Below, one piece after another: positions 30,439 to 43,022 of a stretch of 64,000 nt of DNA. The notes under the pieces were generated by a model, which was given only the letters and a program-made list of their open reading frames with translations, did not search any database and was not told where the DNA came from. The stretch spans positions 3,596,001 through 3,660,000 of the forward strand of contig CM022672.1 in the NCBI GenBank assembly GCA_012295275.1, given 5' to 3'. Every line of letters begins with the position of its first letter. Positions within the stretch are counted from its first letter, which is position 1. A program made the position numbers and the translations under genes. This DNA is from Chrysomallon squamiferum. Its lineage: Eukaryota; Animalia; Mollusca.

Positions 30439-33400
30439 TCACCTCTTTGCTCTCTTGGCTGGGGGGCTTTTTTCACACTTGCTTCTGGTTTCTCTGCCTG
30501 CTGAGCTTGTTGATGCAGATCTGGTTGATCTAGTTTCTCTTGGTGTCTGCTTCTGCTTTTTGGCAGAAGCTGACAAAGATTTATCCTTGCGATCCTTTGC
30601 TAACTGGGGTGATGTCTGCTGGCGAGATGGAGAAAGACGATCTGGGGATTTTCTGTGACGTTTTCCTCTTCCCAAATCTGTGCTGGACTGGTCATCTGTT
30701 GTTGACATCTGAGTACCAGCCGAGTCAATATCACTTGTAGAACTTCTCCGACTGTTTCGACCACTACGTGCTGCACTACCTTGACTTGTGTCAAATGATG
30801 GTGAGCTGGATATCTGACTGCTGACATCTGTCTCAGCTGCTACCGTCTCTCTCCGTAAGGCTGGACCACTTGCCCTGCGCCATCTTCCTGCAGCAATTGG
30901 TGATAATGATGGAGGACTCAGGTCACTGCTGCTTTCCACCGATGAATGTCCTGGTGAAAGATGTTTTTGCTTCGATTTCCTTACTTCAGAATCTGTGTCT
31001 TGTCTGTTCAAATGGGGAGGTGATGGTGTCTCTGACTGACTAGAAAATGCAAGCGTAGGTGGAGTCAGTCTTGCTGGACTAGAATCATATTTCTGAGCCA
31101 GACCAGGTGGTATAGGAGATGGAGTGACAGTTATTTCTTGACAACAGTCACTGAGTTGAGAAGGTTGGGAGGTATCTGACATTAATACTGGATCTTCACT
31201 TGCTGCATCAGAAGTTGTATCTTCACAATGTTTGTCTTCTACACCTCTTTCTTTTGAATGTCTAGATGATTCACTGTCCAGTTCCTGATCACAGGACTGA
31301 GATGATTCCTCATTTAATTCAGTTGCAGAGAAGTCTTTTTTACTCTCTTCAGCTGAATCAGAACAGCCTTTTTCTTTAGATGGTTCTGCAATGCAAGCTG
31401 AGGCTGGACTTTCTTTCAGTTGTGAGGAGCAAGATTTATCCTCATGAATATTATAATTTTCACTCTCTTCACATGGAGACGAACAATCAGATATTTTATT
31501 AGATGGTTCTGGTGATGTTTCACACACTCCAGCAAAAGGGGACGTGAATATTTCTTGAGTGCTAATATTTTCTGAAGTTAAAGATGGTTTAATGTCTTCC
31601 AAGTTTTTGTCTGAATGATGCAAAGACTGTTCTGTTATTTCTTGTTTCAAATATTCAGGATCTGGTGACTGACTGATTATTTTAGATTTATCCTTTGGTA
31701 AAATAATAGAAGTTTCTGAAAAATCATTTCCTTGGCTACAAGAATCTTCATTCTTTTCACCAGCACAAAAATCTTTGAGCTGTTCTGAATGTGATATGTC
31801 TACAGAATCCTTAGAAATCTCATCTACCTCTGAACAAATTGACTCTTTTGCAATTTGTTCTGAAGTCTGCTGTTTTTGATTGGATGTTACTTCTTGGTCT
31901 AAACTACTGGAAGTCTTAGATTTTTTTTCTGCTGAATGTAAATGTTCTTTTGATTCTTCATTTTCTGATAGTATTTGGTTAAAGGTTTCTTTTGCTGATG
32001 TAATTTGTGAAGTTGAAGATTCACTTTCTTTATGAGTTTTCTCTGAAGATAATTTAGCCGACTGAATGGAAGCATCAGCAGAATGTTCTACTGACTGAAT
32101 TTCCACACCCATTTCTTCAGAAGACTTTACAGGTGCTATGGTAGAATTGGCATTGTCTTTTTCCACTGATTCAGTGTCACCATGAACTGATTCTGACTTT
32201 TGAGGAATATTTGTATCTTTATTTTCAGAGTCTAGTGACAAAGATTCAGTGTCTGATACTGCTTCCAGACCCTGTTCTGATAGCAAGGCAGGTGGTGTAG
32301 CAGATGACAAAGAATCAGTATCATGGATAGGGGAATAAAGACTTTGATCAAATACCACTTCAGGGACTGGTCTGTTTTCTTTATTTGATGGAGATGGTGG
32401 CTTTCTCTGAAAAGGTGGTGATAATGATGAAGATGATGATGTTGACGATGATGACGATGACGAAGAAGAATGTCCGTATGACTTCTTGGTTAAAGAATGT
32501 TTTCGTTTACGAGAAGCAGAGGACTGTGATCTAGGAGAGGTGGATCTTTTTCTAGATTTTCTTGCAGATGATGAATATTTTGCAGAATACTTGTAAGAAT
32601 GTTGTTTTTGTGAATGTGAAGACATTGATCTTTTATGGGTAGATGAGTAGTCTGAATGTTTTCTTAATGGAGAATTAGACTGTGTTCTATGAGATGTTTT
32701 ATGATGGGAAGGAGAATATTTTCTTGTATGTGGGGACGAAGATAATGAACCACTTTCTGATAACGATGATGTGGAGAGTCTACGGAATCTAGCTGGAGGA
32801 GAATCTGCTGATAATGGAGTTGCTGATTGACTGCGGGCAAGTTCAGGTGGAGTATCTGGACTAACTGGCTCTAACTCAAGTGACAACAAAGTTGGTGCAA
32901 AAGGTCTTTCTTCTTGCTCATCTGATGAATTATCTACTATCTCTCCAGAAGACAGAGAATCTTTGCTGTCTTTTGAGCCTCTTCGCTCTGGGACTATAGG
33001 TGTAATATCTGTCTTTGAAAGGGATGGGGAAGGTCGATGTCTTGCAAGTGATGACGGGGAAATGCCTCTGGACCCTAGTGAGGCCTGGCTGTGTCTTGAT
33101 CTTTCAGGTGAAGGAGACAGACTACTAGAAGAAGAGTGTCGCCTTTTCACTGGAGTTCTATGATAACCAGCTTCTGGGGAGGCAACCCTCTTCATGGGTG
33201 ACTCAGAATTTTCTTTCCCTGACAGTGACCATCTAATGTCATCTCTCACAACACCAGCTGCTGAGCGTGATGCACTGCTACCTGCTACCCATTCTTCTGA
33301 TCCACTGGCAAACGCAGCAGGTTTGCTAGGCCACTGACCCTGCCATTCAGGTGCAGGTTTATGCTGGAAGTGAGTAGCTGGTGGAAATGGAGCAACTGGT

Positions 33401-36400
33401 GGCACAGGATAATAATTTGGGCCCCTGAAACATTAAAGGAAACTAATAAATAAATTCATAATCAGTGTCTTATTAAATGACCAGGGTAAATTTATTTTGA
33501 AATAAAGAGAATTTAAAAAATTAAACATTCCTGAGTTGGAAGTCTGGAAACTAATTTAACAGAATATTTCAATGAATAAATCAATTCAAGCAAATTACAG
33601 AATAATTATGTTCAATATGCTTTACGAGTTGTTACTATTCAGGTCAGTCAATAAGTACTTGAACATGAAAAAAACATTTTTCTTCTTTTTTAAATGGAAA
33701 GCAAATGTACTGAAACACAAGGAGCATGGTACATGGATATATCAATGAAAATATTAAATATTTTGTTAAACATTCAAATGATAACTTACATCTGGCCTCG
33801 CCTATGTGTTGGGAAAGTTTGAAGTCTTGTTTTTTCATACACAGACAGCTGTCTTGAATGTCTTTCAGCCAGTCCAAAGTCCACTCTATCTATAGCTCTC
33901 TTGAACCGTTTCTCTGCTTCTCCAAAAGACACTTGGTCAATGGGAGTTTTATCTCTAGCATCTCTGAAAGCCTGATAGTCTGAACCCATTTCAGCTGGGT
34001 AGGGCTGAAAATACCCATCACCTGATTTATGATCATCAAAGTCCGAGTACAGTTCTGAATCAGAGCTTATTGGCTCCATAGCAATACTTCCTTTCTTAAT
34101 GTTCAGTGAATCACTGGATGAAATACTTTGAGTTCTAGCACGACTTCTTGGTGAATGTCTGTAGGTGTCGGCACTGTCAGCAGAACTGTCGGTGGTGTGA
34201 CGACGATGATGTCTAGAAGGAGACCTGTAATCACGTTCATCAGCACTGTCTGCTGAGCTGCTCAGTGACTTGGCCCACGTCAGGGATGATGGACGATCTT
34301 TTGGCTTAACTCTTCCAAATTCATCCAGACTTTCTGATGAGCTGCTCGACTTCTTTCGTTTTCTTGAATGCAACTTCCTGCTTCTTGCATGCGATCCACT
34401 GGATGAACGGGACCGGCTGTTGGACCTGTGTCTTCTGTGAGATCTTTTTGACTTACTTCTCTTTCTGCTTCTGCGAGTGCTTGTGTCCGAACTGCTTACT
34501 GAACAGCGACGTTTTCTTGACCGAGATCTTGATCTGTGTCTCGACCTCTGGTGATACCTTCGACTGCTGCCAGATGATTCAGACCTGTAGCTCCTAGCCC
34601 GAGAACGGGATCTTCTTCTAGACGATGCTTTGCTGGCAGAACTTTCAGTGTCAGACACAACAACTTCTATATATTCCTTCTCTGGAGCTAGTTCCGATAG
34701 TTTAGACATCAATGAACTCACTTTCTCTGATGATTTGAAAGTGTTTGATGGTTCCTGCTTCAGTGGCTCTTTTATGTCTGCTGTTTGTTTTTTTGTGGCA
34801 GACACTGAATCTTCTTTTGGTACAGCAGAAGGTTCACTGGAACTTGGGAAAGGAGAAGAAAGCTGTTTTCTGGAAAAGTCATTTTAACAGAATAATTGTC
34901 GTCCAAAAAATCATATAAAATAGAAAAAAATAAAAAATATATTTGTATGTATATAAAAATAACATTTCTGTAAAATATTCCTCATTACTGTATGAAAAAT
35001 ATACAACCTATTAAATGCAAGTTTCATTTCCCAGAGAACTGTTTTTGTTTATTTTTATAACCTCTTTATGCTAATAATCTACAATAAAACAAAAATATTT
35101 ATTTCCAAGAAAGTGAACAATATCGTTTCTTTATGATATTTCCTTCAGAGAAATAATTGATGAATTTTTTTTTTTTATATTTTTTATTTTAATTTCATCA
35201 TTTTCATCATGTAATAATTAAAAAATGACAAAATAATGCAATATAATTCAAATCCAGTAAAATCAACAAAAAATGCAATACCAACGTACCCACTCCTGAG
35301 TCCTGTGGATGGGGTTTGTGGGTCCTTAGCAGCTGGTGGTGACCTATGACTGATCCTGGGTTTGTATAAGTCTTCAGCACTGTATCGTTTACTAGGTTTA
35401 GTTTTAGTTTCTGCTTGCTCGGGAGATTTGGTACTTCAAAAAAGGAAAAAATAACAATAATTATTAGAATTATATTATAAATCTGTGCAAGTTTATAAAA
35501 ACTTACATAACCTTCATATCAAGTTATAATCTGGATGAACATTTTTGGATTTCTTTAGTGCATCTTAAGAGTTCTCTGTATTTGTGTGTGATCTGCCTTA
35601 TTATAGAAGATAACAGTAATATATATTTTTTTAAATAATGAAGTTTTCCAACATAAAATGCAAACTGGATGGAAAATCTATTTCTGTAACTAGGGTAACT
35701 ACAATATATGCACATATCTATAAAATCCATAAATTTCTTATAATACGTCTAACAAGTTCTTGAATTAAAAGGAGAAATAAAATTATTGCTTTTGGTAACT
35801 GCACATCTATGTTTTTTTTTCAAATAACAAATACATTATGCTATAGCTATCTGAAATTCTGTTTGATGTTTTATAGCCCTCATCACAAATTCTGATCAGT
35901 TTACTTATCATTTGATGGGAAGCTTTAGAGATGACCTTATATATCGTCTTATTACAATAGTGAAATTTCTTTCCTTATAATATTAATAGAAGACAACATG
36001 GCCTGGCTAATTATTAATTCTAAACAGAATATTTAGCTAATTCATTAATAATTCCTTGCTGACTTAACCTACTTCCTTTTTCATGCTAAAAGCAAAACAA
36101 TTTTTGCCTATACATTTTTCTTCTCACTTTAGTAACACATTAAATTTAAATAAGTAAGTGCATTTATGAATAGAATGGTTTAATTTTATTTCATTTTAAT
36201 CACTAGTCAGATATGTGTGTTTTTGATTTTGCATGGAATTTCTTTTTAATTTTCATGTATAAACATTTGATCAACTCCAATAAGGCTAAAATGAAGCAGA
36301 TACACAGCATAATGATATCTAACTTAAATGCACTTTACTGTATACTCCTTCTACATAGAATCAAATACAAAAACAATTCAAACCTAGCTGCATCTTTTTT

Positions 36401-39400
36401 GTTTAGGTTCTGGTCTGCCTGTCCAACAGCTTCAGCTGAATCTTGTCCATCAAGACTTGACTGCTTTTTGTTCTTCTTCCCATCTTTGGCTGTCTCACTT
36501 TTGTCACTGGACGGTGACAGAGCTTGACCAGAGATCTGAGACTCATCTGTGGACACTCTTGACCGTGAACGTGTGTTATGCACAAAAGGTTCTGCTGGCC
36601 CAGTGGTACTGGCAACTTTGACAATTGGTATAGGCTGTTCTGGCAGAGGTATCTCACTGAGTTCAACGACATACGGCTGCTCGTCCATGGTTGGTGTTGG
36701 TGGCTGTTTTTCATCCATCGTGGGTGTGCCGGGCGGCTCGTCCTCTGTTGGGGTGGGAGGGTTCTCATCAAGGGTTGGGGTTGGTGGCGATTTGGACAGT
36801 GTTTCCACTGGTTCCGCAGCATTTTCTACGTAAGTGTACACGACTGTTTCTTCTACTTCCACTGACTCTTCGATCACCTGTTCAGCAGCGACGTAGCTCT
36901 GGCTGCTGAACGGCTGCTTCTTCTCTGTGAAAACAGTTTCGTATTCGTCAGATGTGTAACGCTTGCAGCGAGTCCTCTGACGACAGAGTCTCCTCTCCAT
37001 CACCTTCTGCTGCTTTAGCTGTTCCTTCATTTCTTCCTTCGTTTTTCTTTTTCTTCTCTTTCTGCTTCCTTCAGACTCATCTTGCGAAGTCACAGACGTC
37101 TGAGAAATCAGGGAGGAATTTAGATCTTCCTTCTTTGAATCAACTTGTATTTTTTAAAAATGAAAAAAATATGGTTATGATTCTCTTGAATTATTACTTT
37201 TTTTATTTTTTACTCATCTGTATAATTAGTGAATATGTAAATATGCTGCAACAGTGTAACAAATTTAATATATATAAAATATTCTCTTAAATTAATACAT
37301 TTACTTATTTAGTAATAATATCATTTTCTTCTTTCTTTTGCTAAACAAATCTTTTTTTCTTTTTTTTTTTTAAATATTAATAAATAATCTAGTAACAAAA
37401 TAATAATAAAAATATAGAAATAAAACATTCACCATCATACACTATAAATATTTTATTTACCAGTCTCATCTGTTGTTTCAGCTTCTTTTTTCTTTTCTGC
37501 AGATTTCTTTTTCTCTTCTTTCAGTCTGGCTTTTTCTTCTTCTCTTTCTTTCCTCTTTGCTTCTAGTTCAGCTCTTCTTTGCAATCGTTTTTGGTAACGT
37601 TCTTCTTTTTCTTTTGCCTTTAAAATAAAATTAAATTATGGTAAACACTGAAAGCAAAAATAAGGACAACAGTGGCTTCAAATAATTATGAACATTAGGA
37701 TATTTACTATTCTTATTTTTTTCTCTTCTCGAGATTCCTCTTCGTCACTGCTATACTTGTAGGAATATGACAACAACTTCTTTGTCTTGGAAACTTGTGG
37801 AGTTGTCTTCTCTTTGCTGGCTTGCTCTTTCTTTGCTTCTTTCTTCGGTGTGGGTGTTGGAGTTCTGCTAGTGGAAGTCTCGCATGGTCTGTCAAGACTG
37901 AAGTTTGCCTCAGGAAGGTCGTCTGGTCGTATTGGTGAAGATATTGGAGTTACTTCTGGAGAGGTAATTGAATCAGAATCTGAATCTCCAGCTGTTTTGG
38001 TAACAGAAAAAAGAAGAGGAAGTACATTATTAAGTAAGTGTGATTATGTTAAATCTGGAAGGGAGAGGGAAGCAAATCTGCCAGTGAAGATTAATTTCTT
38101 TCATTAGATAAAATTATTTGAACAAATCTTCAATACCCAATATAGTGATTGAATATGTGCATATTTACATATGAAAATCACTCTTAAAAAACCCATGCCA
38201 CAAGTGTGTGGATATTTAAATCAAAGGAGTAAGAGAAATAACCTGCAGGTTCCTGAACATTTTCTTCATCATCAGACTTTTTACCAGCTTCCTTCTTCGT
38301 TTTATCAGTCTCTGCGTCACTGGCATCTTCATCCTCTTCAAATGAAGACAAGTCACTGGTATGTACTGAGCTGATAGTAACATCAGACAATGCATCTTCC
38401 TGGACAGTGACAATTCGATCCCAAGCAAACTTGAAGTGAGGTCTGTTTTCATCAGCGCCTTCCACAACAGTGTCTGAGGCTAGCTCCAAGGTAACATTCT
38501 GCGATGATTCTGGTATGGTGAACTCGGCAAAACCAGCCTTTGACTCAAACGACTGCATCATGTCATTAACATCAGATTCTTCAGTGGATATTTCGGTAGG
38601 AACCTCTGTAGATATTTCTGGAGGTGGTGGGGGTGGAGGTTGGGGTGGTGGCTGCCCTGCATCAGACACGCCATCCGCTGATGTGTCTAAACTGCTGGCA
38701 TAACTGCTTACGTTGGCCAGTAATGAAAGTGCTCCTGGAGATGATACTGTACTGGGGGAATATGTCGGAGGTGGTGGGGTGGCCGATGTGCTCACAGGGG
38801 TGGAAAAACCTGGATGTGGGGTTAGCTCCACAGTTCCAGGTGGAGGTGGCGTTGCTGACCCTGATGAAGCCACCACTGTTGGTGGAGGCATTCTGAGGTT
38901 GGGTGGTGGGATGTTAGTTGGATGAGGAAAGAAAGATGTTGTGCCTGTTGTTGATGCTGATGAGACAGGTGTCACCTAATATAGAAATAAAACAATGTTA
39001 AAGAGATTTTAAAAATGAAATACTAGATATATATGTATATATAAAATCTAAATTATGATAAATTATTTGCTAGGAAAATAAATAAACACAGTCAAATTCA
39101 TAAAAAAACAAAAAACAAAAAAAACTTTACTTGCATAAAACCAATTTAAGATTATAAGATAAAATGTATTACATGTTCTTTTTTTTTTTAATCTGTATTT
39201 GCTGTTTTGCAAGCATGTGAAATAGGTTTTATCAAAGTTTCAATAAATTTTTTATTTTTGTTTACAAACATTCCTGTGCACTCACCCCAGGCTGAGGAAC
39301 CATGCCAGGCATCGGCGCAGTCTGATCAAACATGGCAGGTCCTGAGTAACCTGAATTCCACCCATACTGAAATTGAGGCATGTCATAGGAAGTGGGTACT

Positions 39401-41960
39401 GTTAATGGCATGGGGTAACTTGAATTCGGAGGTGAAATGAAAGGTGCTCCAGGACTTGGCCACATCCCTCCTGCTGGATACATTCCACCATAACCTCCCA
39501 CTGCCATGCTGTTATAATCACCTAAAAATCAAAAAAATTTAATACATGTTTATTTTTGTTTCAATTGTAGTACAAGGCATCAACAAAAAACTTACAAATA
39601 TCAGTCTTTATGTCAGGTTTGTATGAAAGCTGGAATTTATGTTGTAGTGATAAATACTTAATATTAGATTTGGGTATGTTGATGACAAACACACTCTCAA
39701 TTCATCAAAAGATTTTTAAACATTTCCCTGATTAATAGGAATCACTAAACTAATAACTTGAATTAAAATAAAATAAGGAATGATCATAAACAGCTCAAAA
39801 TTTTTAAATAATTAGGTTAACACCAAATATTTCATATGTTTAAAATGTTTATGTCTGATGTTAATTGTCTCACTGCTGTAATATCTTGTAGAAAACAATT
39901 ATTATAATTCACACTGATGAATACATATATATATCTACAACTGAAAGAAAACGAAACATTATATTCATTTGATGTGATTTCTATTTAAATGCCATATTTT
40001 TGGTCATTAGAAAAAAAAAAAAAAAATTAATTTCAAAAATTATTTAAATAATTACCAGCAAACGTCTTTCCACTGTCATGAATAAGATTTTTTTTTTATC
40101 AACAAAATTATTCTGATATTGATGTGTGTCTGCGCACAAAATTGTCAGAAACATTTTGCAATTAAAACTTAAAATCTCTGACATAGAGTGATTGGTGTCT
40201 TCCTTACTTGTTGGAACATTCATCACTGGCTGTAATGCCTGCTGTGCGGCTTGCTGAGCAGCCTGCTGTCTGTTCTGCTGTTCTTGCTTCCTTCTTTGCA
40301 GCTGATCCTGGTACTGTTTAAGCTCAATACCCATGAAATTACACACTGCATCATCTATCTTGGGCTTTATCACTTGGAATATTTTTGGGTTAACTACCTG
40401 GTCTATGATACGTTCCACACCCTGATTCAGCATGCCAGATCTAGAAAATGTGACGATGAATTTATTAATATTAATTTTTTATATTTCTTTCTTTTTTTTT
40501 TTTTTTTTTTTTTTAAATTAAAAATAATTCCTCTTATCTGTGTTTACAGGTATAATTACAAATATATTTCCTGTGTTTTTGCTGGGCATCTCACATTATT
40601 ATAAATATAAAAGAATAAATTAGAAATTAAGAAGCTTTTGAAAGGAATATATTTTATTCCTATAAAATATTATTAGTATCTTGTCATTTGTATTTATGTA
40701 CATGTATTTTCAAACTAAAAAATAACTACTACTATGGTAATAGTACATCAAAATAGTTTTTTAATAATTAGTAAAAAATAGTTCTTGTTGTTCATTTGTT
40801 GTTTGTTACTTTAAAAAAAGAAAACATTTAAATCCTTTTTTGAAATTTAATAAAGTTAACTTTAATTTTAAATTTAATTCCAGTTTTCTTCTCATAAACT
40901 ATTTAAACCAGCAACAGACTTCTGACTACAACTTACTGATTGATCTGTTTGCGAAGGCTGTTTCTCAGCTGATTCTTGTTCAGTTTTGAACTCCATTTTT
41001 GTGTAGAAAGAAAACGAGCCACATAACTCTCCACTCTCTGTCTCAAATTCTGGTATGCTGGCTGTTATAAATATATTAATAATCTATTTACATGAAAGAA
41101 TTTTAAATTGTACACATACTGATATGTTTTACTTGATCATAAATGCCTATTTTGTCTAGTAATAATATAATACTGCAATAGAAAAAAAAAAAAATATATT
41201 CTGCTCTTTGCAATTGTATTTGGGATGCCAATTCAATATCCTTGGATTTATCAGTTATGTTGTTTCTTTGCCACTTTCAGCAGGTTAGCTATGAAAATCA
41301 AAATAAATGTAAATGTAAATAAATAAATACATACTTTATTATTAATAAAGATTAATCAATAGTTATAAATATAATATAAGCTGAATGTATATCATTTCTT
41401 TTTACCGCGACAAATGCCATTGTATGAACTATGATTGTTAATATTGATACATCATTACATGTATCTCATGAAACAACTGTATTCATAACCTGAGAAATAC
41501 AACTACAAAAAAGATTATCTCATTTGAACTGCTTGTGAAGTTAATATTGTTATCATAACAGTTATGTCTTACAATAAGTTGAATGTAGAGTATAAAATAT
41601 ACTTTCAATCCATTTTGCGTTTAATCAAACTCATAGCAACTCTCAACAGGATTCTAATCTAAACAATTAAACCAGTGGGGGGGGGGGAACAACATAACTG
41701 TGAGATACTGGGCAAAACTGTCAAAAATATGCCTTCTGTAAACAGCCCGACAATGGATTTAGTGATATTATAATGTTAATGAGACACCTTTTTGTTTTTA
41801 ATATAAAATAATAAATGTTCACTACACGAACCTTTGTGTCCACGTCCGCCAAACATTCTTTTCTAAATTGGTCGAATATGCCTTGCGATTTTATTTTGCT
41901 AACAATTTCTTTGACACTTTCTGCCGATTCCGTGGTATCCTCAGATTCACCCGAATTCAT
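30439..41960 (-). CDS. BOD1L1: Biorientation of chromosomes in cell division 1-like protein (long form, N-terminal Shg1/BOD1 domain), 11 coding exons, about 2288 aa
   Basis: Exons (minus): 41832-41960, 40937-41061, 40208-40440, 39286-39521, 38243-38975, 37708-37991, 37461-37617, 36384-37143, 35290-35433, 33790-34869, 30439-33424. Sum is 6867 nt with consistent phases. BOD1 domain KSQGIFDQFRKECLADVDTKPAYQNLRQRVE...SGMLNQGVERIIDQVVNPKI. BOD1L1-type blocks SSVHTSDLSSFEE and IAKEKEER, and basic C-terminus PAKRAKR. The acceptors of exons 8 and 9 (AAG) are less certain. Confidence 0.88.
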
Positions 41961-43022
41961 GATGGAAAAAATCCCAAAAGTTAAAATTTGGACTCCATAT
42001 TTTTTCTTTTACAAATTTCCTATCATTGTATCAGAGCATGCACTTCCGTTTTCGCTGGGCTTTATGCAACTTATATTGAAAAAGCAATAATACTGTAAAT
42101 ACATACCAGAAATTTTCTGAAAATTATTTAAATACTAAAATATTTTATTCTTTTACAGCTGAAGTTATGAACTAACCATATACAAAGTTATATAAGTTAT
42201 TTTGGAATGGTGTAAAAATATTTACTGACAACATTAATAAAATAATATAATTAACAATAAAATAAAATAAAATAAGACCAGAAAAGAATGGAAAAGAATA
42301 GAATAAACAGTTCTTATTCATTAAATAAAATATTTAATGAATTGTAGTTGAGATTGTCCACAACCCCCTCCCAAAACAACCAATAAAACTATCATTTTTC
42401 TGCATGAACTTTAATTTATTTATCCTTTGAAATTATTATCTGTAAATGGATGAATATATACATATTTCTTTATAAATAAATAAGTGTAGAAAAATGTTAA
42501 ATATTTTATCAAACCATTTACTCGCAACTTTATTTTTGTTTATAAACATATGAGGTTAAGAAGTAAAAAACAAAAATAAAAACAAACATTTTACAATATT
42601 TAGAAAAGAAATTATAATTAACTTCTGATATTTTTAAATATTAAATTAAACTAAATTATGGCATATACTTATATGTTAGCTTATAACGTGTCATCAATCT
42701 TATTTTAAATGTTATAAACATTACTGGGTTATTTTTTTTTTTGGGGGGGTTCCGTTGTATTATTATTATTATTTTTTTAATAGTATATACTATTTTAACA
42801 GCTGTATGTCGCACATGACTGGGCCTACGTGTAAATTCCGCAGTACATTTCATACGATATCTTTGGCTAGCTATTGTACATAACTTCGGTCAATATGGCG
42901 GAGTACGGTTAGGACAAAGTTGCTTGGTCAGGTAATTTAGGGGATAGCGTTGTACCACGTGAAGATCGGAGTACAACTTTAACCAAATAACATCGTGGGA
43001 ATTCGTTTAATTTATTTCGGCT
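41961..43022. promoter_or_regulatory. Divergent promoter region between BOD1L1-like and mitoferrin
   Basis: Start codons are 1.06 kb apart. CACTTCCG (ETS) 42041-42048, TACGTG 42826-42831, YY1-like AATATGGCG 42892-42900, E-box CACGTG 42956-42961. Confidence 0.7.

Noticed and set aside
35507-35600. Extra BOD1L exon ending at the GTAAGT near 35506
   Set aside because: All acceptor choices give in-frame stops, and exon 8 joins 35433 in the correct phase without it.
30243-38925. Numerous antisense and alternative-frame ORFs over BOD1L exons
   Set aside because: Shadows of Ser/Pro-rich coding sequence with no independent support.
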